DNA of 64,000 nucleotides, taken from NCBI GenBank assembly GCA_016125095.1, contig WGMK01000010.1:331336-395335 (forward strand), in the 5' to 3' direction. A model generated the notes under the pieces. The model did not search any database. It had not been told where the DNA came from and worked only from the letters and a program-made list of their open reading frames with translations. The stretch is from Candidatus Hydrogenedens sp. Its GTDB lineage: Bacteria > Hydrogenedentota > Hydrogenedentia > Hydrogenedentales > JAEUWI01. The stretch's first letter is position 1. Each line of letters opens with the position of its first letter. Below are positions 16,832 through 26,490 of the stretch, in pieces. A program made the translations under genes and the position numbers.

Positions 16832-18196
16832 TTAGTACGCCTCCATGCCGGATTCCAGGGCGCGCTCCAGACTGTCCACCGCATGCGCGGTTTCGAGCAC
16901 CCCGCCCGCGTCGCGGGCGCACCCCTTGGGCAGTATACATTGTTTGAAGCCGAATTTCGCGGCCTCGGCCACCCGCTGCCGGGCCATGGACACGGAGCGT
17001 ATTTCGCCGGAAAGCCCGACCTCGCCGAAGGCGACCAGGTCAGAAAAGGCGGGGGATTCGCGGAAGCTCGACACCAGGGCCAGCGCGATGGCGAGGTCTG
17101 CGGCGGGTTCGTCCAGCCGCACGCCGCCGGCCACATTGACGAAGACATCGCGGTCGGAGAAGTGCAGCCCCGCGCGCTTTTCCAGCACGGCCAGCAACAG
17201 CGATACGCGGTTCTGGTTCACGCCGGTCACGGTGCGCCGGGGCGAGCCCGCGTGCGATTCACCCACTAGCGCCTGCACTTCCACCAGCAGGGGGCGGGTG
17301 CCCTCGATGCTGGGGAACACCACCGAGCCGCTGATGCCCTCGGGCCGCTCGTGCAGGAACAGGGCGCTGGGGTTGGGTACTTCGTGCAGGCCCGAGCCGC
17401 GCATTTCAAACACGCCGATCTCGTTGGTCGATCCGAAGCGGTTCTTCACCGCGCGGAGGATGCGGAGCGATTGCCGGCCCTCGCCCTCGAAATACAGCAC
17501 GGCATCGACCAGGTGCTCGAGCAGGCGCGGCCCGGCGATGGCCCCGTCCTTCGTGACATGGCCCACCAGCATGATGCCGACGTTCTGGCCCTTGGCCAGC
17601 CGCAGCAGCTCATTGGCGCATTCGCGCACCTGGCTGATGCTGCCCGGCACCGCGGGCACCTGGGGACTGTACACCGCCTGAATCGAATCGACCACGACGA
17701 GTCTGTAGTCGCCTTCGCGGATATGGCGGGCCACCGATTCGATATTCGTCTCGGTGAGCATCATGAGGTGGTCGTGCATGGCGCCAAGGCGCTCGGCGCG
17801 CAGCCGGGCCTGGCTGAAGGATTCTTCGCCGGAAACATAGAGCACCGGGCCATGCTGCGCGGCCAGCCGCTGGGAGACTTGCAGCATCATGGTGGACTTG
17901 CCGATGCCGGGGTCGCCGCCGATGAGGGTGAGCGAGCCGGGCACCAGGCCGCCCCCGAGCACTCGGTCGAATTCGTGGATGCTGGTGCGGATGCGCTCGG
18001 GCGGAGCGAGCGTGCCATCGGTAATCGGCACGGGCTTCGCATTGGACACAATGGCGGGCCGTTCGTGGGCGCCCGACTCCGCTTGCACGTCCTCTTCCAG
18101 CGTGTTCCACGATCCGCACGCGCCGCACTTGCCGCTCCACTTGGGGGCGATAGCGCCGCAATCGCTGCAGATGTATACCGTGGTGAGCTTGGCCAT
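16832..18196 (-). CDS. radA: DNA repair protein RadA/Sms
   Basis: ATG at 18196 (MAKLTTVYICSDCGAIAPKWSGKCGACGSW, zinc finger). Walker A GDPGIGKST. RadA-specific KNRFG motif (AVKNRFGSTNE). Lon-like C-terminal domain. Confidence 0.85.
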   Translation of the reverse strand: MAKLTTVYICSDCGAIAPKWSGKCGACGSWNTLEEDVQAESGAHERPAIVSNAKPVPITDGTLAPPERIRTSIHEFDRVLGGGLVPGSLTLIGGDPGIGKSTMMLQVSQRLAAQHGPVLYVSGEESFSQARLRAERLGAMHDHLMMLTETNIESVARHIREGDYRLVVVDSIQAVYSPQVPAVPGSISQVRECANELLRLAKGQNVGIMLVGHVTKDGAIAGPRLLEHLVDAVLYFEGEGRQSLRILRAVKNRFGSTNEIGVFEMRGSGLHEVPNPSALFLHERPEGISGSVVFPSIEGTRPLLVEVQALVGESHAGSPRRTVTGVNQNRVSLLLAVLEKRAGLHFSDRDVFVNVAGGVRLDEPAADLAIALALVSSFRESPAFSDLVAFGEVGLSGEIRSVSMARQRVAEAAKFGFKQCILPKGCARDAGGVLETAHAVDSLERALESGMEAY

Positions 18197-18335
18197 GAAC
18201 CCGATTCCTGTCCGGCCGAGCAGGGTAACAGAGCCGCGCGGATCCGGGCAACGGTACGCATGGTTCGGTGAGAATCGGGCAGCGTACATGCTATGCTCCT
18301 CCGCCTGTATCTACCCGCAACCGAAAGGCTGAACC

Positions 18336-19586
18336 ATGTCCCAAGCTGCGTTTCTATCCGCCGAGCAAGCTGCCGCGCTGGCCGAATCCTTCGGCACGCC
18401 GGTGTTCGTTTACAGCGAGGCGGAGCTGTTGAAACGGGCGGAACAGGCGCTGTCGTTTCCCTGCCGCCACGGGCTGACCGTGCGCTACGCGATGAAGGCG
18501 CTGCCGACGGCGGCCATCCTGCGGCTGTTCGACGCGCAGGGCATCCACATCGATGCAAGCAGCGGCTACGAGGCAGAGCGCGCCATGCGCGCCGGAATCG
18601 CGCCGGACCATATTCAGCTGACCGCGCAGGAAATGCCGTCGAACCTGGCGGACCTGCTGGAGCAGGGCGTGCTGTTCAACGCGTGCTCGCTGCGGCAATT
18701 GGCCCGCTACGGCGAACTGCGTCCGGGCAGCGAAGTATCCGTGCGCATCAATCCGGGCCTGGGCTCGGGGCATAGCCAGCGCACCAACGTGGGGGGGCCG
18801 TCCTCGTCGTTCGGCATCTGGCACGAGCACCTCGATACCGTGAAGTCGGTGGCGGAGCAGCACGGCCTGCGGATTACCGGCATGCACACGCACATCGGCA
18901 GCGGCTCCGACCCCGAGACCTGGGTGAAGTGCGCGCAGCTCGGTATCGGCATTGCGGCGCAATTGCCGGACGTGACGCGCCTGAGCCTGGGCGGCGGCTA
19001 CAAGATCGCCCGCATGCCCGACGAGAGCCCGGCCGACCTGCGGGCCATCGGCGCGCGCATGCTGTCGGAGTTCGAACTCTTCGAGCAGCGGCAGGGCCGC
19101 AAGCTCCACCTGGAAATCGAGCCGGGTACCTTCCTGGTGGCGAATGCCGGGGCGCTGATTTCCACCGTCATCGACGTGGTGGACACGGGCGCGCAGGGCA
19201 TGAACTTCATCAAGCTCGATACGGGCATGAGCGATATCCTGCGTCCGAGTATGTACGGCGCGCAGCATCCGATTACCTTCTTCGCCGCGGACGGCGGGGA
19301 GCGCCCCGAAGCGAGCTGCATGGTGGTGGGGCATTGCTGCGAGAGCGGCGATATCCTCACCCCCGAGCGCGGCAACCCCGAGGCGCTCGCCCCGCGCATG
19401 CTGCCGCTGCCCGAGCCGGGCGACCTCGCGGTGATTGATGGCGCGGGCGCGTATTGCGCTTCGATGGCGGCGCGCAATTACAACAGCTTTCCGGAATCGG
19501 CCGAGGTGCTGCTCGGCACCGATGGAACGCCCCGGCTCATCCGCAAGCGCCAGACGCTCGATCAGTTCCTGGTCAACGAGGTATAA
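18336..19586 (+). CDS. lysA: PLP-dependent group IV decarboxylase, diaminopimelate decarboxylase (LysA)-like
   Basis: N-terminal GTPVFVYSEAELLKRA...YAMKALPT (PLP-Lys context), HTHIGSGSD, CESGD, YCASMA motifs of the Orn/DAP/Arg decarboxylase family. Exact substrate (DAP vs carboxynorspermidine) not resolvable by eye. Confidence 0.6.
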   Translation: MSQAAFLSAEQAAALAESFGTPVFVYSEAELLKRAEQALSFPCRHGLTVRYAMKALPTAAILRLFDAQGIHIDASSGYEAERAMRAGIAPDHIQLTAQEMPSNLADLLEQGVLFNACSLRQLARYGELRPGSEVSVRINPGLGSGHSQRTNVGGPSSSFGIWHEHLDTVKSVAEQHGLRITGMHTHIGSGSDPETWVKCAQLGIGIAAQLPDVTRLSLGGGYKIARMPDESPADLRAIGARMLSEFELFEQRQGRKLHLEIEPGTFLVANAGALISTVIDVVDTGAQGMNFIKLDTGMSDILRPSMYGAQHPITFFAADGGERPEASCMVVGHCCESGDILTPERGNPEALAPRMLPLPEPGDLAVIDGAGAYCASMAARNYNSFPESAEVLLGTDGTPRLIRKRQTLDQFLVNEV

Positions 19587-19606
19587 CCGGTCCAGGAGGA
19601 TCACCC

Positions 19607-20404
19607 ATGTCCAAACCACGCTGTTTACTCGCCGCGCTCGTCGCGGCGGCAATCGTTCCCGCGTTGAGCGCTTCGGCGGCCGAGCCGATTGCCTTGTTCG
19701 ATGGGACCAGCCTCGACGCCTTCTATACCTTCATCAAGGATCGTGGCCGGGATGACGACCCCAAGGGCGTCTTTTCCATGAAGGACGGCGAGCTGGTCAT
19801 CACCGGCGAAGAGTGGGGCTGCGTGACGACGAAGGAATCCTTCGGCGACTATCACCTTGTGGCGGAATTCCGCTGGGCGGGCCCGGCGCACGGCGACCGG
19901 AAGGACAAGGCCCGCGACAACGGGCTGCTCATCCATTCGCAGGGCGAAGACGGCGCCTACAGCGGCACGTGGATGTATGGCATCGAAGTGCAGATTATCG
20001 AGGGCGGCACAGGCGATTTCCTCGTGGTGGCCGACGGACGGCCCGAGTTCGCCCTGACCGCGCCCGTGAAAGACGAACAGGATTCCGGCTGCTGGGTCTA
20101 CGATCCCGAAGGCCATCTCGAGACCATCCATAAAGGCCGCATCAACTGGTGGGGCCGGGACCCCGCCTGGACCGACACCATCGACTACCGCGGTCCGCAG
20201 GACGTCGAGAAACCCGTCGGCGAATGGAACCGGCTCGAAGTCATCGCCCTCGGCCGCACCGTCACCGTGGTGCTCAACGGCACCCTCGTCAACCAGGCCG
20301 TCGACGTGCTCCCCCGCGAAGGCCGCATCCAGATACAAAGCGAAGGCGCTGAAATCCGCTACCGCAAAATCGAACTCACCCCCCTTGCCACTCCCGAGAA
20401 GTAG
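19607..20404 (+). CDS. Secreted DUF1080 family protein (3-keto-disaccharide/3-keto-glycoside hydrolase-like, concanavalin-like fold)
   Basis: ATG at 19607 preceded by AGGAGGA. Signal peptide MSKPRCLLAALVAAAIVPALSASAA. Family hallmarks YHLVAEFRW...DNGLLIHSQ...WMYGIEVQIIEG...GRIQIQSEGAEIRYRKIEL. Confidence 0.65.
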   Translation: MSKPRCLLAALVAAAIVPALSASAAEPIALFDGTSLDAFYTFIKDRGRDDDPKGVFSMKDGELVITGEEWGCVTTKESFGDYHLVAEFRWAGPAHGDRKDKARDNGLLIHSQGEDGAYSGTWMYGIEVQIIEGGTGDFLVVADGRPEFALTAPVKDEQDSGCWVYDPEGHLETIHKGRINWWGRDPAWTDTIDYRGPQDVEKPVGEWNRLEVIALGRTVTVVLNGTLVNQAVDVLPREGRIQIQSEGAEIRYRKIELTPLATPEK

Positions 20405-20620
20405 GCGTCGCTCGTTCGCGGCTTCGCGAATGCGTCCGATCAATGTAGGTCGGGGTTCTACCCCGGCAAAATCCGCAGCACACGCGCCAAGATGCCGGGA
20501 TAGAATCCCGGCCAACGGGAATGCCGCGCCGGGAGCGCCGTTTTCCATAGCGGCTCTTCACTCGATTGCGCCGCCTTCGTATCAAGGTGGCTCGCGCGTA
20601 CGCTCGCCCTACCTTACTTA

Positions 20621-23600
20621 TCAGTGGTGACCGGCCTTGCCTTCCCAGTGCTGGGGAATCAGCCAGGGCTCATTGTTGAGCGATTGGAGGAAGGTGAGGA
20701 GGTCGATGAGTTCCTCGTCGGTGAAGGCGGCGTCGAGGCCTTCGGGCATGATGGATACTGCGGCGGGCTGCATGTTGCGCACGTCGCTGCGGGGGATGTG
20801 GCGCACCTCGTTCACGCCGGGCGCGATGGTGATGGTGTCGGCGGTCTGCTGCAGGATGATGCCGACGTAGGTCTCGAATTCGAGGTCGATCTGATAGGGC
20901 ACGAAATCGGGCACCATGCTGGCGCTGGGAAACAGGACCGACTCGATAAGGTCGTGGGCGGACCGCACGAGGCCGATGGTCGTCAGGTCGGGCCCGAGAT
21001 GGCCGCCGTCTTCGCCCACGGCGTGGCATTGCGAACACTGCGCCTTCTCGCTGAAGAAGAGTTCGCGGCCGCGTCCGACGTCGCCCGTGCCGAGGCGCGG
21101 GGTGAGCGCCAGCAGCCGCTGCACGCTGCCCTCGGCGCGCTGCGCCATCTGGCTTTCCAGCGCCGCCGCGCGTTGCCGGGTCTCTTCCGGGTAGCCCTTC
21201 AGGGCGTTTTCGATCTGCGTCATCGACAACAGGTCCAGCACATTCGTGTGTTCCTGCAGGGCCGCCACGAGGGCATCGCCCGCTGCGGCATCCGAGCCGC
21301 GCACGACACAGGCCAGCACGGTGGAGAGCGCCAGCGGGTCGGCCTGCGGCAGTTGCGTTTCAATCAGGGCTAGCAGGGTGGGCGTGTCGAGCGCAGCGGC
21401 GGTGAGCACGCTCGAGGCCGCCCGTCGCACCAGCGCGTCTCCGCCGGGACTCAATCGGTCGGCGGCAAACGTGATGCGTGCGTCGGACAGCGCGCCGTCT
21501 TCCTGTGCAATTACGGCCAAAGCCGCAAGGCGCAGCATGTCGCTTTCCGTCTTGTCGCCGGCGATGGCGTTCAGGTCCTTGCCAAACCCGTCGAAGCCGC
21601 GCGCCTGGATGACGCGGATGGCCCCGGCGCGGATGTCGGCGTCGGCGCTGTGCAGTCCGTCTTCGAGCGCTTCGCGCCATGCGGCGGAAAGACTGCCGCC
21701 CGCAGCCGATTCGATGCAGGTCAGCATGAGTTGGCGGACGCTGGCCACGGCCTTCTCGTCCGAAAGCAGCGCCGCGATTCGCGTTTCTCCGGCGTCGGTG
21801 GCGGCGTAGGCCAGCAGAATTTCCTGCAACGCCGCGCGTTCGGCATCGTCGGCGCTGCCGCTGCGGAGGCGGGCCTCGACGAAATCGAGTACGGCGTCGG
21901 CCCAATCCGAATGGCGCGAGGCCACCCAGAGTGCATCGGCGCGGAGACCCGGATCGCCGCTCTCGAGGAAGGGCAGTACCTGTTCCGCCGCGAGCTGCTG
22001 GTCGCCCAGCTGATCCAGCGCGATGAGCGCGGCCTTGCGGGTGGGCCAGGGGGCGTCGGAATTCAGCGCGGCGCGAAGCGATTCCTGCTCGCCCAGTTCA
22101 ATCAGCGCGTAGATAATCGCGTGTTCCTCGAAGCGGTCCGCCGACTTAGCGCTCGCTTCGAGCAGCGCGGGCACCCCGGCGGCATCGCCAATCTGACCGA
22201 GCGCCGTGGCCGCCGCCATGCGCTCCGCCGGAGACTCCGCGCGTAACTGTGACGACAACCCGGAGACTGCGGCCTCGCCGCCCATATCGCCCAGCAGCCG
22301 TGCCGCCAGCGACCGAACTTCCGCATCGGTATCGTGCAGCGCCTCGACGAAAGGTGCGGCATCGCCCTCCGGATTCAGGCGAAAAAGCCCCGACAGCGCC
22401 AGCAATTTCGCGGGCGTGCTCTGCGACTTCGCGATCACGCGGCGGAATGGTTCCGCTGATTCCGGACCGCGACGCAGCAGGACCTCCAGCGCTCGCGTCC
22501 GCACACGGAAACGCGGGTCTTCCAGCAGCGCGGCCAGTTGCGCGTTATCCACCTGCTCGAAATCTATCCGGCCGCCCCAGGGGTCGATTGCTGCCGGGGC
22601 GTCTTTCTTGCGGATACGGTAGATGCTGCCGCGCACATCGGGCTTGGCCACTCGGCTGATGGGACAGGCATCGACATACCACCCGCCCGTGTCGCTCACG
22701 AGGATGCTGCCGTCGGCGTCTTCGAGCACATCCGTCGGATAGAAGTCCGGACTCGACGAGATCAGGAAGTCCTCGTCCTCCGTGCGATACGTCGCGCCAT
22801 CGGCCACGACCTGGTGTCGCTGCACGCGGTGCGGGTTGAACTGCGCGCTGAACAGGCTGCCGGTGTAGTCCTCGCCGAAGCTCGACGCCTGATATTGCAG
22901 CAGGCCCGCCGGGGCGATGCGGGCGTACTTCGACATCACCGGCATCAGGCTGCCCGTGCGGATGAATTCAGCGGTGGATTCGTGCGGCTTGGGATACACG
23001 CCGCCCCAGACCCAGTGCATCAACGCGTCGCGCTGCCCCAGTTTGGGGTCGGTGAAATAGGTCATCGTGCCGACCAGCTGGCCGCCCGGCATGAACACCA
23101 GCTCGACCGGATTGTCGAAGCCGCCGCCCGCGAAGCGCTCGAGCTGCGTGCCGTCGGGCTGACACCGCCAGATGCGCGACGCCAGGCCCTCGAGCGTCTC
23201 GCCTTCCTTGGTCGTAATCTTGTAGCCGTGGCGTCCATGGGTCAGATACAGGCGGCCATCAGGCCCCAGGAACGGGCCGTGCAGGCTGGCCGTATTGAAA
23301 ACGTTCCAGCCGGTCAGCAGCACTTCGCGCTCGTCGGCTACGCCGTCGTGGTCCGTGTCGCGGAAGCGCACGAAGTCCGGCGGGCTGGCCACGTAGAGGG
23401 CGTCCTGATGCCAGAGTACGCCCATGGGCAGGCTCAGTTCCTCGGCGAACACCGTCTTGCGGTCGTATAAGCCGTCGCCATTGTCGTCGGTCAGCCGCAG
23501 GATTAGGCACTTCGGGTCCGCCGCCATTTCCTGGCCGGAGAGATCGAGTCCGGTCGATTCGGCAATAAAGAGATTACCCGTCTCGTCGAACTCCATGAAC

Positions 23601-23740
23601 ATCGGATACGACGAGAGCTCGGGGCCGGCCGCCCGCTCGACCACGAAGCCTTCGGGCACGGAAATCGTATCGAGCGTATCGGCGCCCGCGGCCGAAGCCG
23701 CCAGTGAAAGTAGCGCGCCTATCGTGCAGCAAAGTTTCAT
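20621..23740 (-). CDS. PVC-type multidomain protein: N-terminal putative membrane-bound (glucose/sorbosone) dehydrogenase-like beta-propeller, central HEAT repeats, C-terminal haem-binding CxxCH domain
   Basis: Signal peptide MKLCCTIGALLSLAASAAGA. Long HEAT-like repeat stretch (ALEVLLRRGPESAEPF...AALIALDQLGDQQ...). C-terminal CSQCHAVGEDGGHLGPDLTTIG cytochrome c motif. Architecture characteristic of Planctomycetes/Verrucomicrobia. Confidence 0.65.
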   Translation of the reverse strand: MKLCCTIGALLSLAASAAGADTLDTISVPEGFVVERAAGPELSSYPMFMEFDETGNLFIAESTGLDLSGQEMAADPKCLILRLTDDNGDGLYDRKTVFAEELSLPMGVLWHQDALYVASPPDFVRFRDTDHDGVADEREVLLTGWNVFNTASLHGPFLGPDGRLYLTHGRHGYKITTKEGETLEGLASRIWRCQPDGTQLERFAGGGFDNPVELVFMPGGQLVGTMTYFTDPKLGQRDALMHWVWGGVYPKPHESTAEFIRTGSLMPVMSKYARIAPAGLLQYQASSFGEDYTGSLFSAQFNPHRVQRHQVVADGATYRTEDEDFLISSSPDFYPTDVLEDADGSILVSDTGGWYVDACPISRVAKPDVRGSIYRIRKKDAPAAIDPWGGRIDFEQVDNAQLAALLEDPRFRVRTRALEVLLRRGPESAEPFRRVIAKSQSTPAKLLALSGLFRLNPEGDAAPFVEALHDTDAEVRSLAARLLGDMGGEAAVSGLSSQLRAESPAERMAAATALGQIGDAAGVPALLEASAKSADRFEEHAIIYALIELGEQESLRAALNSDAPWPTRKAALIALDQLGDQQLAAEQVLPFLESGDPGLRADALWVASRHSDWADAVLDFVEARLRSGSADDAERAALQEILLAYAATDAGETRIAALLSDEKAVASVRQLMLTCIESAAGGSLSAAWREALEDGLHSADADIRAGAIRVIQARGFDGFGKDLNAIAGDKTESDMLRLAALAVIAQEDGALSDARITFAADRLSPGGDALVRRAASSVLTAAALDTPTLLALIETQLPQADPLALSTVLACVVRGSDAAAGDALVAALQEHTNVLDLLSMTQIENALKGYPEETRQRAAALESQMAQRAEGSVQRLLALTPRLGTGDVGRGRELFFSEKAQCSQCHAVGEDGGHLGPDLTTIGLVRSAHDLIESVLFPSASMVPDFVPYQIDLEFETYVGIILQQTADTITIAPGVNEVRHIPRSDVRNMQPAAVSIMPEGLDAAFTDEELIDLLTFLQSLNNEPWLIPQHWEGKAGHH

Positions 23741-24813
23741 GCGGCTTGCTCCGGTTCCGGTTCAGCGTCGGGACCGCGCAGCGCCGGTCCGCCCAGCAGA
23801 AAGAAGACGAGCGTGCCGATGCCGAAGCCCAGCAATCCGCCCATCAACACATCGGACAGGAAATGCGCGACGGTATACACGCGTGACGCGGCCTGAAGCG
23901 CGCCGAGGCTGAGAATCGCCGTGCGGGATTTGCGCCCGCGCACCCACCAGAACAGCGGCGTAATCAGCGCGAAGGTGCCCGAGGTATGTCCGGAGGGATA
24001 CGAGTTGTTGCCCTTCAGCGTTTCCTCGGGGATGGCGCGCAGCACATCGTTCGAGGGCTGGTAGGAATCGCTCAAGGGCCGCGGCCGCGCGATCGATTCC
24101 TTGATGGTGTTGGTGACGAAGACATCGGTGATGATGGAGGCGAGCAGCACCAGCCAGAACACGCCGATGAAGCGGCCGATGCGCGCGTCGTCCATCTTCA
24201 GGAAGGCCGCAAGCGCGCCCGCATGCGCCACCAGCAGGGCAGGCAGCAGCAGATAGTTCGCCCCCGGCAGGCCATCGTTCCAGAAGAGCTTGTGCGTGGC
24301 CCACAGAACAATCAGCAGCACAATCTCCGCCACCATCACCCCGCCCACCCAGCGCTTCGGGTTGAGGTTCTTTAGCAACAGCGGCGGCACCGCGCCAATC
24401 AGGATAAGCACCGGAGCCAGCGAGCCCAATCCGATCACCAGCGGCGGCTTGGCCTTGTCGCCCACGGCCAGCGCCAGCAGGCCGATGACGCAGCCCCACA
24501 ACAGGCAGGTAATCAGGCTCCACCGAACGGCCCGGTCGCTCGACATCCGTACCAGGTTGTACAGCCCGATGGCTATCGCCAGGGAAACCAGGGGCAGCGC
24601 GATGATCAGGTTGCTGTAGTCGGTATAGGCCCGGAAGAATTCATCCACGCCCGGGACGTAGTTGTCCGGGTTCATCGCCGCCGAGAAGGCCATGTCGAGG
24701 TCGTGCACCCGCGGCATGACCCACAGCCCGAAACCCTGCACGACGGCCCAGATGACGGCCGTGCCTGCCGCGATGCCCCCGATGCGCGTACCGCGCGAAA
24801 CCCAAACGTTCAT
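23737..24813 (-). CDS. Integral membrane PAP2 family phosphatase (acid phosphatase/phosphatidic acid phosphatase-like) with ~250-aa N-terminal multi-TM domain
   Basis: ATG at 24813 (MNVWVSRGTRIGG...). PAP2 tripartite motif KESIARPRP ... PSGHTSGTFA ... SRVYTVAHFLSDV. Overlaps the upstream PVC haem-protein gene by 4 nt (operonic). Confidence 0.65.
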   Translation of the reverse strand: MNVWVSRGTRIGGIAAGTAVIWAVVQGFGLWVMPRVHDLDMAFSAAMNPDNYVPGVDEFFRAYTDYSNLIIALPLVSLAIAIGLYNLVRMSSDRAVRWSLITCLLWGCVIGLLALAVGDKAKPPLVIGLGSLAPVLILIGAVPPLLLKNLNPKRWVGGVMVAEIVLLIVLWATHKLFWNDGLPGANYLLLPALLVAHAGALAAFLKMDDARIGRFIGVFWLVLLASIITDVFVTNTIKESIARPRPLSDSYQPSNDVLRAIPEETLKGNNSYPSGHTSGTFALITPLFWWVRGRKSRTAILSLGALQAASRVYTVAHFLSDVLMGGLLGFGIGTLVFFLLGGPALRGPDAEPEPEQAA

Positions 24814-24945
24814 GCTGATTGCTCCCGCTACTGCTGAATCTTGCCTAGGCGGGGAGCATAGCAAATGGAACCGGCGGCGCGCGGCATCGCTCGGGTGTTC
24901 CGTCGCGCGGGGCAATCTGCTATCGTGGCGCAATTGTGTTAGCGC

Positions 24946-26475
24946 TTGGCGAGGACTACCACCATGACCCTGGAAGAACGTGCGCGGCTGAGCCGACGTG
25001 CCGCATTTAAGACCGCCGCAGCAGCCGGCGCGGGCGCGCTGCTGTCGGGTGCCGCGCCGTCGGCCGATCCGGGCCTGCTCGCGCGCGAGAACCAGCGTCC
25101 GGGCACGACGGACTGGCAGCTGACCTATACCCGCGTGGAGCCGTCCACCCGGTACCGCTGCCCGTGGATCGAGGGTTTCGTGTCGCACGCCAGCATCGCC
25201 GCGGGCGAAGAGCTGCGCTTCATAGTCAGCACGAACCCCGCTGCACCCTTCACCATCGACCTCTACCGCATGGGCTATTACGGCGGGGCGGGGGCGCGGT
25301 ACCTGCGGACGCTAGGCCCCTTCGAGGGCGCCGTGCAGCCCGATCCGCCCGTGGGCGAGATGCGCCTGCGTGAATGCCGGTGGGAGCCCTGCGCCGCCAT
25401 CACCATTCCCGAGGACTGGCCGAGCGGCGTGTACCTCGGCAAGCTGTCGCTGGTGGAGGGCCGCTGCCAGAGCTACGTGATTTTCATCGTGCGCGACGAC
25501 CGCCCGGCGGACCTCGTGTTCCAATGCAGCGACAATACCTGGCAGGCCTACAACCGCTGGCCCGACAACTTCGCGCTATACGACAACGGCGAAACCAGCT
25601 GGGCGCTGAAGGACGGCATCAAGGTCAGCTACGACCGGCCCTACGGCAAGTACTGCCAGGTCGTCGATGCGCCGCTCTCGCAGGGCTCGGGCGAATTCCT
25701 GCTGTGGGAATTCCCGCTGGTGTACTGGCTAGAGCGCGAGGGCTACGACGTCACCTATTGCTCCAACCTCGACGTACACACCGGTGCGGCGGATCTGACG
25801 CGCGCCAAGGGCATGATATCGGTCGGGCACGACGAATACTGGAGTCAGGAGCAATACGACCGCGTGAAAGCTGCCATCGAGGCGGGCGTGAACATCGGTT
25901 TCTTTTCCGCCAATACCTGCTGCTGGGTGACCCCCGCGACGCCGGGCTCGGACGGCACCCCCAATCGCGTGTTGCGCCGCGCGGGCAGCTTCGGGCCGTT
26001 GTCCGAGCGGGACATCGCCTACGGCATGGGACCGTTCGAGATTACCGGCCCCGGCGAGGAGTGGCTGATCGGCGCGCAGACGATTAATCCTTTCAATGGC
26101 TCCGCCGACTGGACCGTGACGCGGCCGGACTGCTGGATATTCGAGGGCACGGGCATGAAGGCGGGCGACGGCATTCCGGGGCTCGTGGGCTGGGAATTCC
26201 ATGGCCTTCCGGCGGACATTCCCGGCCTGGAGATCGTGGCCGAGGGCGATGCCATCAACGCGGGCGGCGATTCGGCGCATTGGACCGCGACGCTGTATCC
26301 GGGCCCGAAAGACAACTGGGTGTTCAATGCCTCAACCATCTATTGGGCGCAAGGGCTGAGCAGTCCTCCGGGGCATGTGCTGCCCTACGCGCACTACGGC
26401 CGCCCGCATGGTCCCGACGCCCGAGCGCAGCGCATCACGAAAAACATTCTCGACCGATTCATCGGCAAGACCTGA
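24946..26475 (+). CDS. Tat-exported hypothetical protein (possibly N,N-dimethylformamidase large-subunit-like fold)
   Basis: Twin-arginine signal LSRRAAFKTAAAAGAGAL. No catalytic motif recognised with certainty; family assignment is from overall resemblance only. Confidence 0.45.
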   Translation: MARTTTMTLEERARLSRRAAFKTAAAAGAGALLSGAAPSADPGLLARENQRPGTTDWQLTYTRVEPSTRYRCPWIEGFVSHASIAAGEELRFIVSTNPAAPFTIDLYRMGYYGGAGARYLRTLGPFEGAVQPDPPVGEMRLRECRWEPCAAITIPEDWPSGVYLGKLSLVEGRCQSYVIFIVRDDRPADLVFQCSDNTWQAYNRWPDNFALYDNGETSWALKDGIKVSYDRPYGKYCQVVDAPLSQGSGEFLLWEFPLVYWLEREGYDVTYCSNLDVHTGAADLTRAKGMISVGHDEYWSQEQYDRVKAAIEAGVNIGFFSANTCCWVTPATPGSDGTPNRVLRRAGSFGPLSERDIAYGMGPFEITGPGEEWLIGAQTINPFNGSADWTVTRPDCWIFEGTGMKAGDGIPGLVGWEFHGLPADIPGLEIVAEGDAINAGGDSAHWTATLYPGPKDNWVFNASTIYWAQGLSSPPGHVLPYAHYGRPHGPDARAQRITKNILDRFIGKT

Positions 26476-26490
26476 GCGAGGGAGCACGGG

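Noticed and set aside
20431-20470. Recurring AATGTAGG word in three intergenic regions (13298, 20441, 50300), each next to short GC hairpins (e.g. CGGGG-TTCTA-CCCCG, CCGGGA-TAGAA-TCCCGG)
   Set aside because: Only an 8-mer is shared and the flanking sequences differ. That is too short to call a repeat family or regulatory motif without statistics. It may be worth a genome-wide k-mer check.
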